DNA of 63,853 nucleotides, counting the filler, from Chiloscyllium plagiosum (Eukaryota), in assembly GCF_004010195.1 (NCBI RefSeq). It is 5 parts of 2 records of this genome, joined end to end, with 100 filler letters (N's around TTAATTAATTAA, not from the genome) between each part and the next. Parts side by side here need not be neighbours in the genome. Positions count along the whole stretch, not along the records: positions 1 to 27,855 come from NC_057710.1; 4 more parts are not named here. The stretch is one strand, 5' to 3'. The stretch's first letter is position 1; each line of letters begins with the position of its first letter. Made by a program: the position numbers and the translations under genes. Shown here in pieces: positions 1-13,355 of this stretch. The notes below the pieces were generated by a model. That model worked only from the letters and a program-made list of their open reading frames with translations. It did not search any database and was not told the origin of the DNA.

Positions 1-444
1 TGCAGAGAAGATTTACCAGGATGTTGCCTGGAATGGAGAGGAAGTCGTACGAGGATAGGTTGAGAGTTCTCGGCCTTTTCTCGTTGGAACGGCGAAGGAT
101 GAGGGGTGACTTGATAGAGGTTTATAAGATGATCAGAGGAATAGATAGAGTAGACAGTCAGAAACTTTTTCCCCGGGTACAACAGAGTGTTACAAGGGGA
201 CATAAAGTTAAGGTGAAGGGTGGAAGGTATAGAGGGGATGTCAGGGGTGGGTTCTTTACCCAGAGAGTGGTGGGGTCATGGAATGCGCTGCCTGTGGGAG
301 TGATAGAGTCAGAATCTTTGGTGACCTTTAAGCGGCAATTGGATATGTACATGGATAGGTGTTTAAGCTGGGACAAATGTTCGGCACAACATCGTGGGCC
401 GAAGGGTCTGTTCTGTGCTGTATTGTTCTATGTTCTATGTTCTA
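1..444 (+). mobile_element. CR1-type LINE (HER1-like) 3' end: ORF2 C-terminus plus tail
   Basis: ORF 21..455 has the CR1 ORF2 C-terminal motifs (LGLFSLERRRMRGDLIEVYK, FFTQRVVGSWNALP) and ends in a (GTTCTAT)n-like tail. Confidence 0.9.
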
Positions 445-574
445 ACTGCTTTTAACTTGTTTCATCTGAGGTAAAAAGGACAGTAATCAACTTGAAAAGA
501 TGTCAGATCACTTCCTAACCCATTTAACTTGGTACTCTGGGCCAAAACTATTTCCGTAAGGTCCTGAGACTGTG

Positions 575-797
575 AGACCACAAGATGTAAGAACAGACGT
601 AGGCAATTTCACCCAGTGAGTCTGCTCTCTATCAATGAGATGATGGCTGATCTGATAATCTTCAAGTCCACTTTCCTGCCTTTTCCCTATAACCCTTCAT
701 TCCCTCACTGATTAAAAAAAAACTCTCTCTCAACCTGGAATATATTTCAATGACTCAGCCTCGACAAGCCTCTGTGGTGAAGAATTCCACAGATTAT
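575..797 (-). mobile_element. CR1 LINE 3' tail fragment, degraded
   Basis: Reverse complement resembles the CR1 3' end at ~37670-37835 and the minus-strand tails at ~24870 and ~45350. Confidence 0.6.
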
Positions 798-2031
798 TGA
801 AATGGGCTATCCTGCCTTTTTCAGGTTGGAGATCAGTTGCAATATGGAATTCTGGTTCCTTTTATGTACATAAGACATGAATCATACTTTTGTATTGAAC
901 ATTGAGAAGCCTAAGCAGCAGTAGCACTTAAAAAAGAGACCTCAGTGCTGGTCCATCCAGGATTGACTCCCTCAATAGCGGGATTGACTTCTGTTATTGT
1001 CAGGTTTGGTGTGGGCTCAAGAACTGCAGCTTGTCAATGGCAGGTAAATAAGGTCAGGTCTCATGCCAGCATAACGGGTAGGCACGTGACTTTTTGTGAT
1101 TTATAATATATTTATTTGAAATGCAATCTGATTATAAAATGCTTTCTAGATAATCATCATTTTAAAGAGCCAATTTTACATCAGATATAAAGAAGTTCGG
1201 CTTTATGCTTAAAATACAATGGAACAAATTAAAAATATTTTCAAAGCAAATTACAAACTGGATTTGTTTACATGTGACCAATTCAAATTTATTTTGAAAA
1301 CAACCAAATATTTGCAGGAGTAGTATGTGTTTGTTGTTTCACTTTGGTTTGTATGGAACTGCCTCTTAGTATAAATAAATGGTAGTGTACAGATAGGGTT
1401 TATTGAATAGGTTGTTGAGCTTCTGAGCAAACCTGTAATGTAATTGGGACCTCAGTAGTTATGTGTTAATATACTGTTAGGCAGTAGAAACCAGTTCAAC
1501 TCAGAGCATGCTGCTCTATCGTCTTACCATCAGAGACACTCCATCAATGAACACTGTTTCACCCAGCTTGTGTGAACAAGACCTCAATAATCCACACTAG
1601 AACTTGCTACAATATTTTATCAGCAAGAGAGACACTAGTCTAGGGTAGATAGTGTTTTTCTCAGGAGAATTTCATGAACCATGAGACACCACTAAATGGC
1701 TAGGAGGCAAGATTGAACAACAAGGTTCTGGAGATTTTCTTAGTAAAGTGACCTGACGGCTTATTCAAAATGAAATAAAATGGTAGCATGTCCATTCCAG
1801 ATCAGTAGTCCCTGCCTTTTTTTTATCAAAGCTCTTAAGTTGATACAAATACTGAGATGGGAGTTGTGGACGATGCAATTTCACAGGTACAAAACCATTT
1901 CAGATCTCTACTCGAAGCAGCAACACTTCTAGCAGCATTTTCTTAGGCACAGTGTGCCCCAATGCCGAAGACATCCTTATCTGACAAGATGTTGATGAAA
2001 CCTCAATAGATTTTCAGTCAAACCTCATGGC

Positions 2032-2493
2032 CTTCAATTTTCATTTCTCTTCAGAGATGTTGTTTGACTTGCTGACTGCTTCCACTGATTTTGTATCAGA
2101 TTCACAGCAACTTCACCACTTTACTTCATGTCCAGAATAAACAAGTGATTGAATAAACAAGTGCTTACACATATGGACATCGGAAGTGCAGGCAAGTTAA
2201 CGTGCACAATGTTGTCACCAATATTTCTGGTCCCCATGCCATCAGTCTAACTCAAGGCCCTGTAGTATCTGTTGGTCTCTTGCTTGAGTCAATGCTGGAG
2301 ACCAGTAGAAATCTAATTGAAACTTACAGGTCTCCAATTCCAACGATTGAGAAAGAGCCTTTGTTCATATGTGTAATCACTCCCTTGTTTACTCTGGATA
2401 TAAAACAAAACAGTGAAGTTGCTGAGAATCTGATACAAAAATAGTGGAAGCAGTGAGCAGGTCAAACAACATCTATGGAGAGAAAAACTGAAG
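2032..2493. repeat. Long imperfect inverted repeat (arms ~2032-2179 and ~2362-2493)
   Basis: tctcttcagagatgttgtttgacttgctgactgcttccactgattttgtatcagattcacagcaacttcac is close to the reverse complement of gtgaagttgctgagaatctgatacaaaaatagtggaagcagtgagcaggtcaaacaacatctatggagaga; pairing extends inward to acacatatggaca / tgttcatatgtgt. Confidence 0.8.
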
Positions 2494-2891
2494 TAATCTA
2501 CCAGCTGATAGTGCTACCGCAGAGAATCATGTTGCTGCAGTCCAAGGTAACCAGAGGCTCTCTCAGTCCCCTAATGCTCCTTCTCAATTATCATAAACAC
2601 TGAGAAGTTATGAGGTACCACTTGGAGAGTGGCTTTGACTCCCTGACACTCTTGCTGTTCCTGCTTGACCCAAATCGCCAAGGACCTTTGTTGGTATCAC
2701 TCAGCTCACTGGACATGACAAGCCTCTGAACTGATGGCTAATTTGGAATGAGGACAGCAGAGAAGACTGTTGCTGGTTTATGAACAATGAGTGCTGTGTG
2801 AAAATCAGACATTGATCTGCCTGTGTTCACAACTGGACACTGAGGCAGGTATAACCTTTTCCAGTGATAAAGGGGCCAATTTTATGACATA

Positions 2892-3104
2892 TAGTCAGTT
2901 CTGATATAACATGATAGTTCTGTTCTCAAGCGATCTTGTGTTACATGAAAATTTCACAATAGTTACGCTATTTAAACTAAAGGAGCTAGAATCACATTAT
3001 AGCCAATACAGAAAGTTCGCATTCTACAAATAAGAGTCTAAATTTTTCAATCGCGTTAAAGCCAATTCGCATTGAAGGAACACACGTAATAGCAGAACCG
3101 ACTG
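2892..3104. mobile_element. Tc1/mariner (Tigger/pogo-like) MITE
   Basis: Imperfect TIRs: TA|tagtcagttctgatataacatg ... cacgtaatagcagaaccgactg|TA, with TA on both sides; ~213 bp, no transposase ORF. Confidence 0.7.
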
Positions 3105-4939
3105 TACAATATAAAAACAATGTGGGTGGAATCTGGGGGAACCCAGTAAATGAGAGCAAAGGCTAATTCTCTCTTTTCTTGCTTTGCTTAGTCCATTAAA
3201 TGTGGGATAAGTATCCTTCCTAGTGTAGAGAGCCTCGTTCACTCTCAAGATACAACTGTGCATGGCATGACAGCAAAAAAACCTGCAAAATCTTTGTTTA
3301 CCTTGTTTGACTCCATACAAGACTCCACTGGAAACTTCAGTCTGAATTTCATGGTTATGGATTCTGCTGGAGTTTGCATTCATTCTGGCAGTTGCTTGTC
3401 AAAATTCCAATGGTCACCCAGTTTCTGTCACCAAATATTTGCCTTATTCTGTCATGATATCTTAAAACATGCTGTATAATGAAGATCCTTTGTTGTCAGC
3501 TAACTGTTGTTACATAATTTTATGAGAAATGATTTCTTTGTATGATCACCTATGACCTACCACCACCTAAATCGTTGAATAGAGTATGTTCAGGCAGTCA
3601 ATAACATGGCCAGGAATCAATAAAATTGATTGATTGACTGCAAGTATCTTCTATTGAACACAGTTTTAAGTTTAATTTGGCAAGGTACAAAAGTAATATC
3701 ATTGCTTATAATTCCTAAATCCACAGATTCTCTATTAGTCTGTATAAAGCCTCATTGAAAGTAATTTGTCAAGTACAACTGCAATTTGACAACCCATCAA
3801 CTCTCCAAGAAGGATAATGCCACATTTCAGTCCAAAGAAATCGCTAATATATTTATTTTATTGTCATCAACATTTCAACTTAATAACATCGCAGTTTTCT
3901 CCTTATATGGACAAGACTTTTCTTATTTATTTACATCTTGTGTAGACGCAATGCTTAATTTGAATCTGATAAATCTTCATTTTGCAGATTTCAAACACTT
4001 GACCTCTGTGACCTGTTATAGAAAATAGAATCTGTATTCGACATTTACTACCATGGGTGAATAGCCTAAGTTGGGAAATTCCATGACTATCCAGTAAAAC
4101 CTTCTCCTTTACACCATCTTCAGAACAGGGCGATGGGATGCTACCTTCCAAGGTCTGTTACATAGATAAGGTAGGTACATAACCAATGAGAAAGTATTGG
4201 CAAGTGTGGACTAGCTGCAAGAGAAAAAAAAATTGCAGCTCTTTTATTAAAAAAATCTACTGTCCCAATAATCGTATAACAATGTCAGTCAGATAGACCA
4301 TGAAGCATCGATAAAAGGCGTTTCAAATACTTATCTTAATCTTGGATTTGTGAATATGTTGACAAAAAAACCCTATGGAGATTAACTTTTTAAAAGCACT
4401 TGAAGATGCTGAATTAATCTGGATGCATGTAAAAAAATTTCAAACTCTGGAGGGCAATGGTGTTATGAACCATGAATCACAGAAGTTAGTAAGGCTTGAT
4501 GAAAGCTTTGGCTGGATAGGAGATGCCTTCCCCTGCAATGGAGCTGACCTCTGTCAGGAGCATTGATTTCTACCTGTATTTTATCCCGTGCCTGAGAAAA
4601 TTGGGGGTGTTGTGAATGGGGCATGAATTTTGGAGTTCTGTCCATGTAATACCAAGAATTGCTGAAGAAACAATCCCAATATTCTTAAGTCAATGTTCTT
4701 TGTTTAATTTTTAATCTAGTGAATAATGTCAATTGTACGGATAGGAAATTGTTCTCACTTTATAGTCTCCATTAAAAGCTGAGAGACTGTGTAAAGTGCA
4801 CTGTGAGGATTCCTCAGCACTACCATAAAATACACAACCTAACTGCAGAACAGAACTTTGAATTAGATAATTTTACAGTACAAAAACAAGCATTTGGTCC
4901 AACCGTTTTAGAAAACCATCTCTAAAACACTGACAAATG

Positions 4940-5990
4940 CATCTCCCACTGCTTTAGTGCTTAATTAGTTTCCACTTTTTTATGCAGATTGAAGGCACTC
5001 ATGATATCTGTATTGCCCATGCCATATGCTTCTTTCATCTCCAGACTAACATGCAACACACTAGTGCTACTATTAGGTGGTCTATAAATACGTCCAACCA
5101 ATATCTGCTGTCCTTTGCTATTTCTTAGTTCCACCCAAACTGATTCCACATCTTGTTCTTCTGATCTGACACCCTTCCTTACAAACAAACTAATCCCATT
5201 TCCTATCATCAGTGCAACATCACTTTCTTTCCCTCTGGTCTGTTCTTCCTAAACATCAAATATCCAGCTTGCTGCACACGTTCACATCAAATGCCCTTAT
5301 CTGTGTTTTTCTGACATCATTCACTTTTGAACAATATTCTATGCTCAGCTTTGTGTCTCCTATCTTCTAGTCTCTCGAACATCTTTTCAACTTCTTAATA
5401 CCAACTTTACTTTCTTCTGATTTGAGTTCTCTGTCAGGTTTCTAGTTCCCTGACAAGCTAGTTTAAGCCACCCCAACAGCACTAATGAAGCTTCTTGTGA
5501 GAAGATCAGTCCCAGTCTGGTTAAGGCATAACCTGTCCAAACTTTATAGGCTCCACCAGGCCCAGAACTCTCCCAATTCCTCAGAAAATTGATATTCTCC
5601 CACCTACACCAGTTCTCCAGCCACATATTCAATTGATCAGTCTTCCTGTTCATGAGTATGTGATACTGGGAGTACTCCTGAGATTATTACTCATGAAATC
5701 CTGCTTTTCAGGTCAGCTCCCATCTCCCTGAACTCTACCTCAGGACCTTTCTACCTGTGTTGTTGATGCCCAGGTTGACCTTGACTTCTGGCTGATCTCC
5801 CCTGCCCCACAAGCATGTGCTGCAGTCGCTCCATGACATCTTGACCCTGGCACCAATTTGGCAGCACACCAGCTTGGAGTCATGTTTACTGTCACAGAAA
5901 TGCCTGTCTGATGCCTTGACTGTGGAATCCCCCTAAGTACTGTTGTTCTGTTCTTGTTCCTCCTTCCCTGTACAGCGGGGATTCTCTGAG
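4940..5990 (-). mobile_element. Degraded CR1 LINE fragments (ORF1 esterase-like part and APE endonuclease)
   Basis: ORF 4961..5209 (ESVWVELRNSKG...IYRPPNS) is APE endonuclease. ORF 5387..5653 (LNMWLENWCRWENINFLRNW) matches the CR1 ORF1 SGNH domain also seen at 60167..60694. Confidence 0.8.
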
Positions 5991-6351
5991 AAACCATTTG
6001 AAATGCTGATTAGCAAACACAATAGACTTAGAGGCTTAGTCTTGTGCAGCCAGTAAGTGACACTTTTTGCAAATGTGACTGGAATGCATGACATGTTCAC
6101 ACTGCAAGATGCACACTCTACTTAGCCCTCCTGTCCTTCCACCCTATAATTCTAAAACTATATATTACCTTTAGAATAAGTGTGGACTTGCTATGAAACT
6201 TAACAAGCTTTTTGTCAAAAAAAGACAGAATAAAATCAAGAGACTCAATCATAAACTAAATATTCAACTTTTACATGAAAGATTGGAAATACTGATCAAA
6301 TCAACTGCTTTCCCCACACTTTGATGTCACACTATTGTTGGTCTTAGTAAA

Positions 6352-6482
6352 GATTTCCTGATGAAGGGCTCTTGCCCAAAACGTCAATTCTACTGCTCCT
6401 TGGATGCAACCTGACCCACTGTGCTTTTCCAGCATCCCACTCTCGACTCTGATCTCTAGCATCTGCAGTCCTCACTTTCTCC
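6352..6482 (+). mobile_element. Penelope-like element terminal fragment with decayed hammerhead core
   Basis: cctgatgaagggctcttgcccaaaacgtc...ctagcatctgcagtcctcactttctcc; same terminus as the Penelope copy at 41905-41995. Confidence 0.7.
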
Positions 6483-8444
6483 TTGGTAAAGGTAGGCCTC
6501 TTGATCTGCACCTTGTTTCCTCTCCCACTCATCTCACATTCAGAAGACTTTAATTTTTGGAGTAATCCTCAATTAAAACAACTTTTTCCCCCTCTCTTTA
6601 CTTCTGCTTCAGTGTCACTCAAGCAAAATCTCCCTCACTGTCATCATGTGGCTTACTCTGACCATATACTTAGAGCTCTGATGAGTTGCTCTTTTTTAAA
6701 AAAATGTAAGCAACATAGTCAACATCTAATTCAGGCAAGATGTTTCGGGTGTTTGATGGATAACTTCCAATATTCACTTGCCTGTCTGTTTAACTAGGTT
6801 AGATAACTTCCATAAAAGCTACTGATTTAGGTATGAATTTGATTTTTAATCCATAATTAAACTTGCAAAAGATTTACCACTTGAATTCCTACTTTGACCC
6901 AAATTCCCCCTTACTCACTCTGTTTCAGCTTTACACCAACAAAATCTACCTCATTCTGACCGTGTGACTTACTCAAATTTCTCTGCCTTTGTTACTATTG
7001 GTCAGTGATTACCCTGCCAGCTAAATCATTTTATTAAGCTTTGGGGAAGACTGTTGTGTAGTCAGAAATCTGTAAGATCAAGTTGAATGTGCTTACTAAT
7101 GCTGTCCCCTCCATATTTCCTCCACATTGACATGTCCCCACTCATCTTTTATGGTCATTCTACCAGTATTCCTATACATAGGACTAATGAGCCATGGCAA
7201 GTCCAACAGGTATTTGAAATGTTCCTGATACTGACACAAATTACAAAGAGACTTTGAAAATAGCTCTTTGGAAAAATAATCTACTCATCTTACAACCTCA
7301 TAGAAATGTCAATCATAGTCATCCGTAATTTCAATGACAAAAGTTTAAATTAACTTCACACCTTCCCATCTTGTCTAAATAATCAACTGGGGTTTAAAAT
7401 GATGTTTAATCATGTGCAACTTATAACAAGGTCATCATTCAAGTTGTGTAAAGAGTCCCCTGTTGAACTGTGTTCATCTTGCATTCTTGGAGCTCAGCCA
7501 AGCATTCACAATTAGACCATCTGGCACATTATCTAAAAACGCTGTTCGAACAGGTGGTCAGACTTCTGTCTTTTCCTTGAGGGGCTGGTGTGTGATGGCT
7601 AAGAGGTCTAAAAACCATGTAGCGCACTGGACCAATATTGCGGAGAACTAACGCAGGATGTATAATCAGCCAGCATCAAAGACCACACAATTCTGTTGCT
7701 GCATGGTTCTGCCTGACCATCTTTCACTGAGGCAAGACTACTAAGGGTCTGAGAGGTCTTGGCAGAGTCAGGATTTTGAAGTTGTTAAATGGCTCAAATC
7801 ACAGTTTCGAAAGTTAAACTGAAGATTGATCCACACGAGTTTCAAAAACAAACATTCAGCTATTTTCAATGGTTTCTCCTTGCTATTTCACCATGCATAA
7901 ACAATATCTTCTTTATGTCCTGGATTATTAGTCTATACATGAATCAATTATAACTTTAAGATAAATTATGCAACTAGAATTGTTCTAAAAACATGTTATT
8001 TATTTTCAAATGTCACCATTGCTGTTATGGAGACAAGAACAGATGTGACCAAATCACCCTGGTGTGTGAATGAATGGGAGATGAGAGGAATCTGGCTTCA
8101 TTCTGTTTACATTGCTTTTCATAATGGTGAGCTTTGTTACTGATCAGCCTCTTGTAATACTCAATGCATTCACACTCACTCCTTCCCTTGTCCCCGTAGA
8201 TCAAAACGGTGATGGTGGAAGAGTTCCTCCCATATAACTAAAGATATCTTTGTAAATTACAAAGGTGCTTTGTTTTGTACCTGTGATTGTTCTCCCTAGC
8301 TGTCTGGTCTTGCTAGCCTCTCTGTTTTGCTGAGTTTGGTGAGATTTGCTTACTTGGTTAATCAGTCATTAGGGTCTTACCAGCAAAATGCAGTTGTCAT
8401 CTACTTTATTTCAAATAATCATCTCACATACTAACAAGTGTGAC

Positions 8445-8447
<3 letters not shown>

Positions 8448-8475
<28 letters not shown>
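8448..8475. repeat. (AT)n microsatellite
   Basis: Perfect AT dinucleotide run of ~28 bp. Confidence 0.95.
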
Positions 8476-8478
<3 letters not shown>

Positions 8479-10979
8479 GATGCACAAAAACATGTATTTT
8501 ATTGTGAATATCCAATGTTTTGATTCTTTAGAATTAACACTAGAGGTCAGTCTTGTAACCCGAGAGGCAACTGTGCTCAGATGCCCACTTTGAAACTGTG
8601 CTGACAACAAAAGCACAGAGACAAATATGGGTGGAAATCGAAGGTGGCATCAGCTGTAGCACCCTGCACAAATATTGTTACTCTCAACCCAAAGCTTAGG
8701 TGCTCCAGATGGGACTGTGTAATTAATTGCTAGTCAGTCATCATAGCCAAAAACGACCTTCAAATGAGTCATCATATGTAGCTTCTGTAGTTAAGTTTGC
8801 TGGTAATTCAGGAGGATTCCTGAAGGAATTATTTGAAAATATCTTAACAGCGTGACTTAGAGTTTGCTTTCCTAACAAATTCAGTACAGAATCAAAACGA
8901 TGCAATTCTAAATTCTGCATTTTTTTTTGTTTGGGTATTATTTGATATGGCTTAATTTCTAAACATACTGTCTGTGAAATGATTATATGATTTTACATAA
9001 TGCAGAATATAATTAATCATTTAGATCAAAAAAGTGGATGTCTAAAATGAAAATTATTTAAGAATAGCTCCGTTAGAGCTACTTTACATAATCTTTGTGG
9101 AACTCATTAGTTTGCACAAAAGTCATGACTTGAATCCATAATGGAAAGTTTAATGAATTCTGTGCAATGACGTTTTAGTTCTGTGTTGCTTGAAGATCAA
9201 GCTGTCAATCGGTTTGTCTTTCTATTTTAAAACTGAGATCACACCTTTAAAAAAGATATAAAACCATCCATGAGCCTATTTTCAATTTCTTTAATTGGAG
9301 TCCACAACTACTATAGAATTATGGTTTTGGCAAAAACACAACAACCTTTTGTTCAGATTTTTCATACTTTGATTTGAAGCTTAACATGATGAATACTTTT
9401 AAAGTGTAGGCATATTTACACAGGATAGGTCTAATGGAAGAGTTTCAAGTAAGATCCTTCTATACAACTTATAACTTTGAAGATAGGGAATATGATCGGA
9501 GACCTTACTTACAATTTAAGAGCTATCCTAAATCTGTGATGCTATGCTTAGTTCATTCAATTATATGAAAGCAATACTACAGCATGTAACTGATGACTGT
9601 GTGATTATAATTCTAAACACGTCTTTAGAGGTTTAGGGATCACTTAATACATGTTCAAGAAAAAAAGGGCAGTCCTGGTAACATTTGAATGTGAGCAATT
9701 TATTTGATAAATTGCTTTGAAAGATAAAGTGGAAAGTGTTATAAATCAATAAACTATACCAAAAGCATTCTCGAAAACAACAGCTCATTTTCAACTAATC
9801 TGAAGAAGTAACATCACTTACTAAAGTTTATAGAAAACAGAGGATGATTATTTCTCACTAAATGCAAACTTTTGAAGTATTCCAAAATATACAAATGCCG
9901 ATGATAGCTTTTTTGGCATCTATAGTTTGTCGCAGAGCTGGGACCTTACAGATTTGGTCACTCTAGGTCAGCAGAATTTAACTGCAAGTGGATGGATTAA
10001 TTTTATGTTAAAAAGGATCCATTCAGACATAATAACTACAGAAAGAAGGTTTTTATAATGACAAGAGAAATTGCAAAACGTATTAGTACTGCCAAGAAAC
10101 GACGTAGTTTAAAATGTACTGAAGATTAACAAAATTCCTCTGAATGTTTTTGCTGTTGACCAGCAAGGCGCAGGGTTACAGTGACCTGACAGATTGAAGA
10201 GGAAATACTCATTTGATGATGGATTAGAGATTTTCAAATCCATCAAAGTGAACATTTTCTAAAGTCTTTATTTAACTAATTACTTGACATCTTTCCAATA
10301 AAGTTCTTCCCAGTATTTGCCATTTATTTTGTCAAGTAAGTGCATGAAATTAATAACAATGGATAACTTCCATTTTCCACAAGAATGGTTATTTAAGTTG
10401 AAGGGCAGAGATCACAAAGATACAGTCAAAAAAAATCTGATATCTACCTTACTTGTGATTTAACTATGAATGTAGTAGAGAATTTGAAAACATTTCAATA
10501 GGATACTTTATACAACAGTGATAAGTTTTAATAATCCACAATATTATCACATTTTATAATGCTGATAGAAGATTAGGCAGCTGAGAGAAGTAATAAACTA
10601 TTTGAATGTAATGAACAATGTTATGAACAGAACATGAGTTTTAAAAAAAGCTTTCCTAGTTTCACTACCTGTCCATAATCAGATTGTGATTGATATTTTT
10701 TTTAACAGCTGGGGCGTATTTAGTGTCATAGACTCTTAGACATGGCAGGCATCTTGAATTACAGTACACTTACAAGCCTACAAGGAGAAATAGAATTGAA
10801 ATGGATAAAAAGATTATTTCATTAGTAATAGTTTAGATAAAAGACAACAGAGGAATGCTAGTTTATTAATGTCCTTGCTTTCAAAAATGGAGCCCAAAAA
10901 TCCAAAGTTGGAGTCAGTGGTCTGGAATTTCTCTGTGGGATTGGATTGTTTGGCTAGCCAGCAGTTGAACACATATGAA

Positions 10980-12415
10980 TTTATGAGTCAGGAATAGACA
11001 TAGGCCAGTTGGTCCAAATATTTCCCCTCTAAAAGGACATCTCCCTGTTTTTAAAAGTCACCCCTAGTTCTGGACTCAACAACAAGAATAAACATCCTTT
11101 CCAAATCCACTTTGTCAAAACCATCTTATAAACTTCAATCAAAAATCATTGCTTACTCTTCAGAACTCTGGTGTAAACAATTCCACCCTGTCCAACCCTT
11201 TCTCAGAAGGCAATCTCCAGTGCATTTGTACCTTACTTAAATAAGGAGAAAACACTGTCGATAGCATTTAAGATGTGGTCTCACCAATGCCAGTACAACT
11301 GAAACATACCATCTTTACTTTTATGTTCAGTTCTTCTGGAATAAAGGTTAGCATCACAATAACCTTCCTGATTGTGTGCTGTACCTAAGTAGGTGGCATG
11401 GTGGCACCGTGGTTAGCACTGCTGCCTCACAGTACCAGAGACCTGGGTTCAATTCCCGCCTCAGTCGACTGACTGTGTGGAGTTTGCACATTCCCCCCGT
11501 GTCTGCGTGGGTTTCCTCCCAAAGTCCAAAATGTGCTGGTTAGGTGAAGGGATAAATGTAGGGAAATGGGTCTGGGTGGGTTGCGCTTCAGTGGGTTGGT
11601 GTGGACTTGTTGTGCCGAAGGGCCTGTTTCCACACTGTAAGTAATCTAATATCCTGTGACTCATGTGGTAGAACACCTAGATCTCTCTACACCTGAAAAT
11701 TCTGCTTTGCTTTTTTATTCTTCCTGCCAGACTGAAAAATTTCACATTTTCCCATACTTTTTTCCATCTGCAGGATTTTCGTCCATTTGCTTAATCTAAC
11801 TATAACTGCAACTTTGCTATGTCATCTTTACAACATACTCTCCTACCTATCTTTGTATCATCTACAAATCTAGCCACAAAGCCCTCGATTCCCCAACTAA
11901 ATCATTGAATTAAATTGTGAAAGGTTGGTGATCCAGTACAGATTCCTATGGGACTCAACATGTCACATTCTGCCAGAAAAAGACTTATTTATGCATGCAT
12001 TCTGTTGTCTGGAGTCAGCCAATCTTATATGCATGCTAATATCCCTTACAATATGAGCTCCCAAGTTCATGCATTAATCTTTTATGTAGTCACGTGATTA
12101 TGGCAACCAGCTTTGTCGGTCTAATTAAAGTGATTTTAAAATAGTCACTAGATATATAGATAGAAACAAAACCGATGCTTGAAGCAAAAGTAGACAATTT
12201 TGCCCTTCGAGCTTCCTCACCCTTCAATATGATCATGGTTGATTCTCTATCTTGACATCATGTTTCCACTTTCTCTCTGTACCCCTTGTTACCTTTAATG
12301 TATAAACGTTTATCAAACTATTTCTTGAATATATACAGTGACATAAGCTGCACAGCCTCCTGTGTTAGCATAATCTACAGGTTGACAACCCTGAGTGAAG
12401 AAATGTTTCCTCGAA
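10980..12415 (-). mobile_element. Old CR1 LINE fragments (RT to 3' end), interrupted by an HE1 SINE
   Basis: Minus strand matches CR1 RT/3' motifs (e.g. tttgtatcatctacaaa is the reverse complement of an FADDTK-like FVDDTK); heavily diverged. Confidence 0.65.
11391..11650 (+). mobile_element. HE1 / V-SINE (tRNA-derived), internally deleted
   Basis: ggtggcaccgtggttagcactgctgcctcacag A-box region, ggttcaattccc B-box, V-domain gtgtggagtttgcacatt..., tail ttccacactgtaagtaatctaat. Confidence 0.9.
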
Positions 12416-13015
12416 TGGCCTGGTGTTGCTCCTGGCATGTCCTTCTGCACTTTTCATTGAACCAAGATTGATCCCCTGGATTTGTTAGTAATGGTAGAAT
12501 GCGAGACATGCTGGGCTATGAGATTACAGATTGTTCATGAATACAATTGCTGATGGTCCATACAGCTTCATGGATTTTAAGTGTCTTGATCTATTGGAAA
12601 CCTAACCTGTTTAGCTTGGTAATTGTGCCACACAACATGGTGTGAAGATGGAAATTAGTCTCCATATTGACTGTGCTTTGGTATCTCATACTAATACTGT
12701 CATGGACAGACACAACTTTAACAAATGATAAGGTTGGGTGCGTTTTCAAAGAATTCAGATTTCATCAACAGCCACAGTGAAATTTAAACCCAAAACCTTA
12801 ACCTGGGGTTCCAGATTCCTTACAATTGCATCAGTAACTCCCCATCATAGATTGAAGGAGGCATAATAAACAATGCAGCAGGAGAACTGTCAGCACTTCT
12901 TCAAACAATGCTATGAAATCTTGAATGTCACTGGTGGTGGCAGATGGATCTTGTTTCAATGCTGTATCTTCAAAAGACGAAAGATAATGTGAAGTTTGAT
13001 AAAGTTGCATGTCAT

Positions 13016-13355
13016 GGGCGGCATGGTGGCACATGGGTGGCACGGTGGCACAGTGGTTAGCACTGCTGCCTCACAGCACCAGAGACCCGGGTTCAATTCC
13101 CACCTCAGGTGACTCTCTGTATGGAGTTTGCACATTCTCCCCGTGTCTGCGTGGGTTTCCTCCGGGTGCTCCGGTTTCCTCCCACAATCCAAAAATGTGC
13201 AGGTTAGGTGGATTGGCCATACTAAATTGCCCATACTGTTAGGTGAAGGGGTAAATGTAGGAGAATGGGTCTGGGTGGGTTGCGCTTCGGCGGGTCGGTG
13301 TGGATTTGTTGGGCCGAAAGGCCTGTTTCCACACTGTAAGTAATCTAATCTAATC
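13016..13355 (+). mobile_element. HE1 / V-SINE, full length, with duplicated 5' end
   Basis: gggcggcatggtggcacat-gggtggcacggtggcacagtggttagc..., V-domain, (AATCT)n tail. Confidence 0.92.

Noticed and set aside
11391..11470. tRNA genes at HE1 heads
   Set aside because: These are tRNA-derived SINE heads followed by the V-domain and tail, not tRNA genes.
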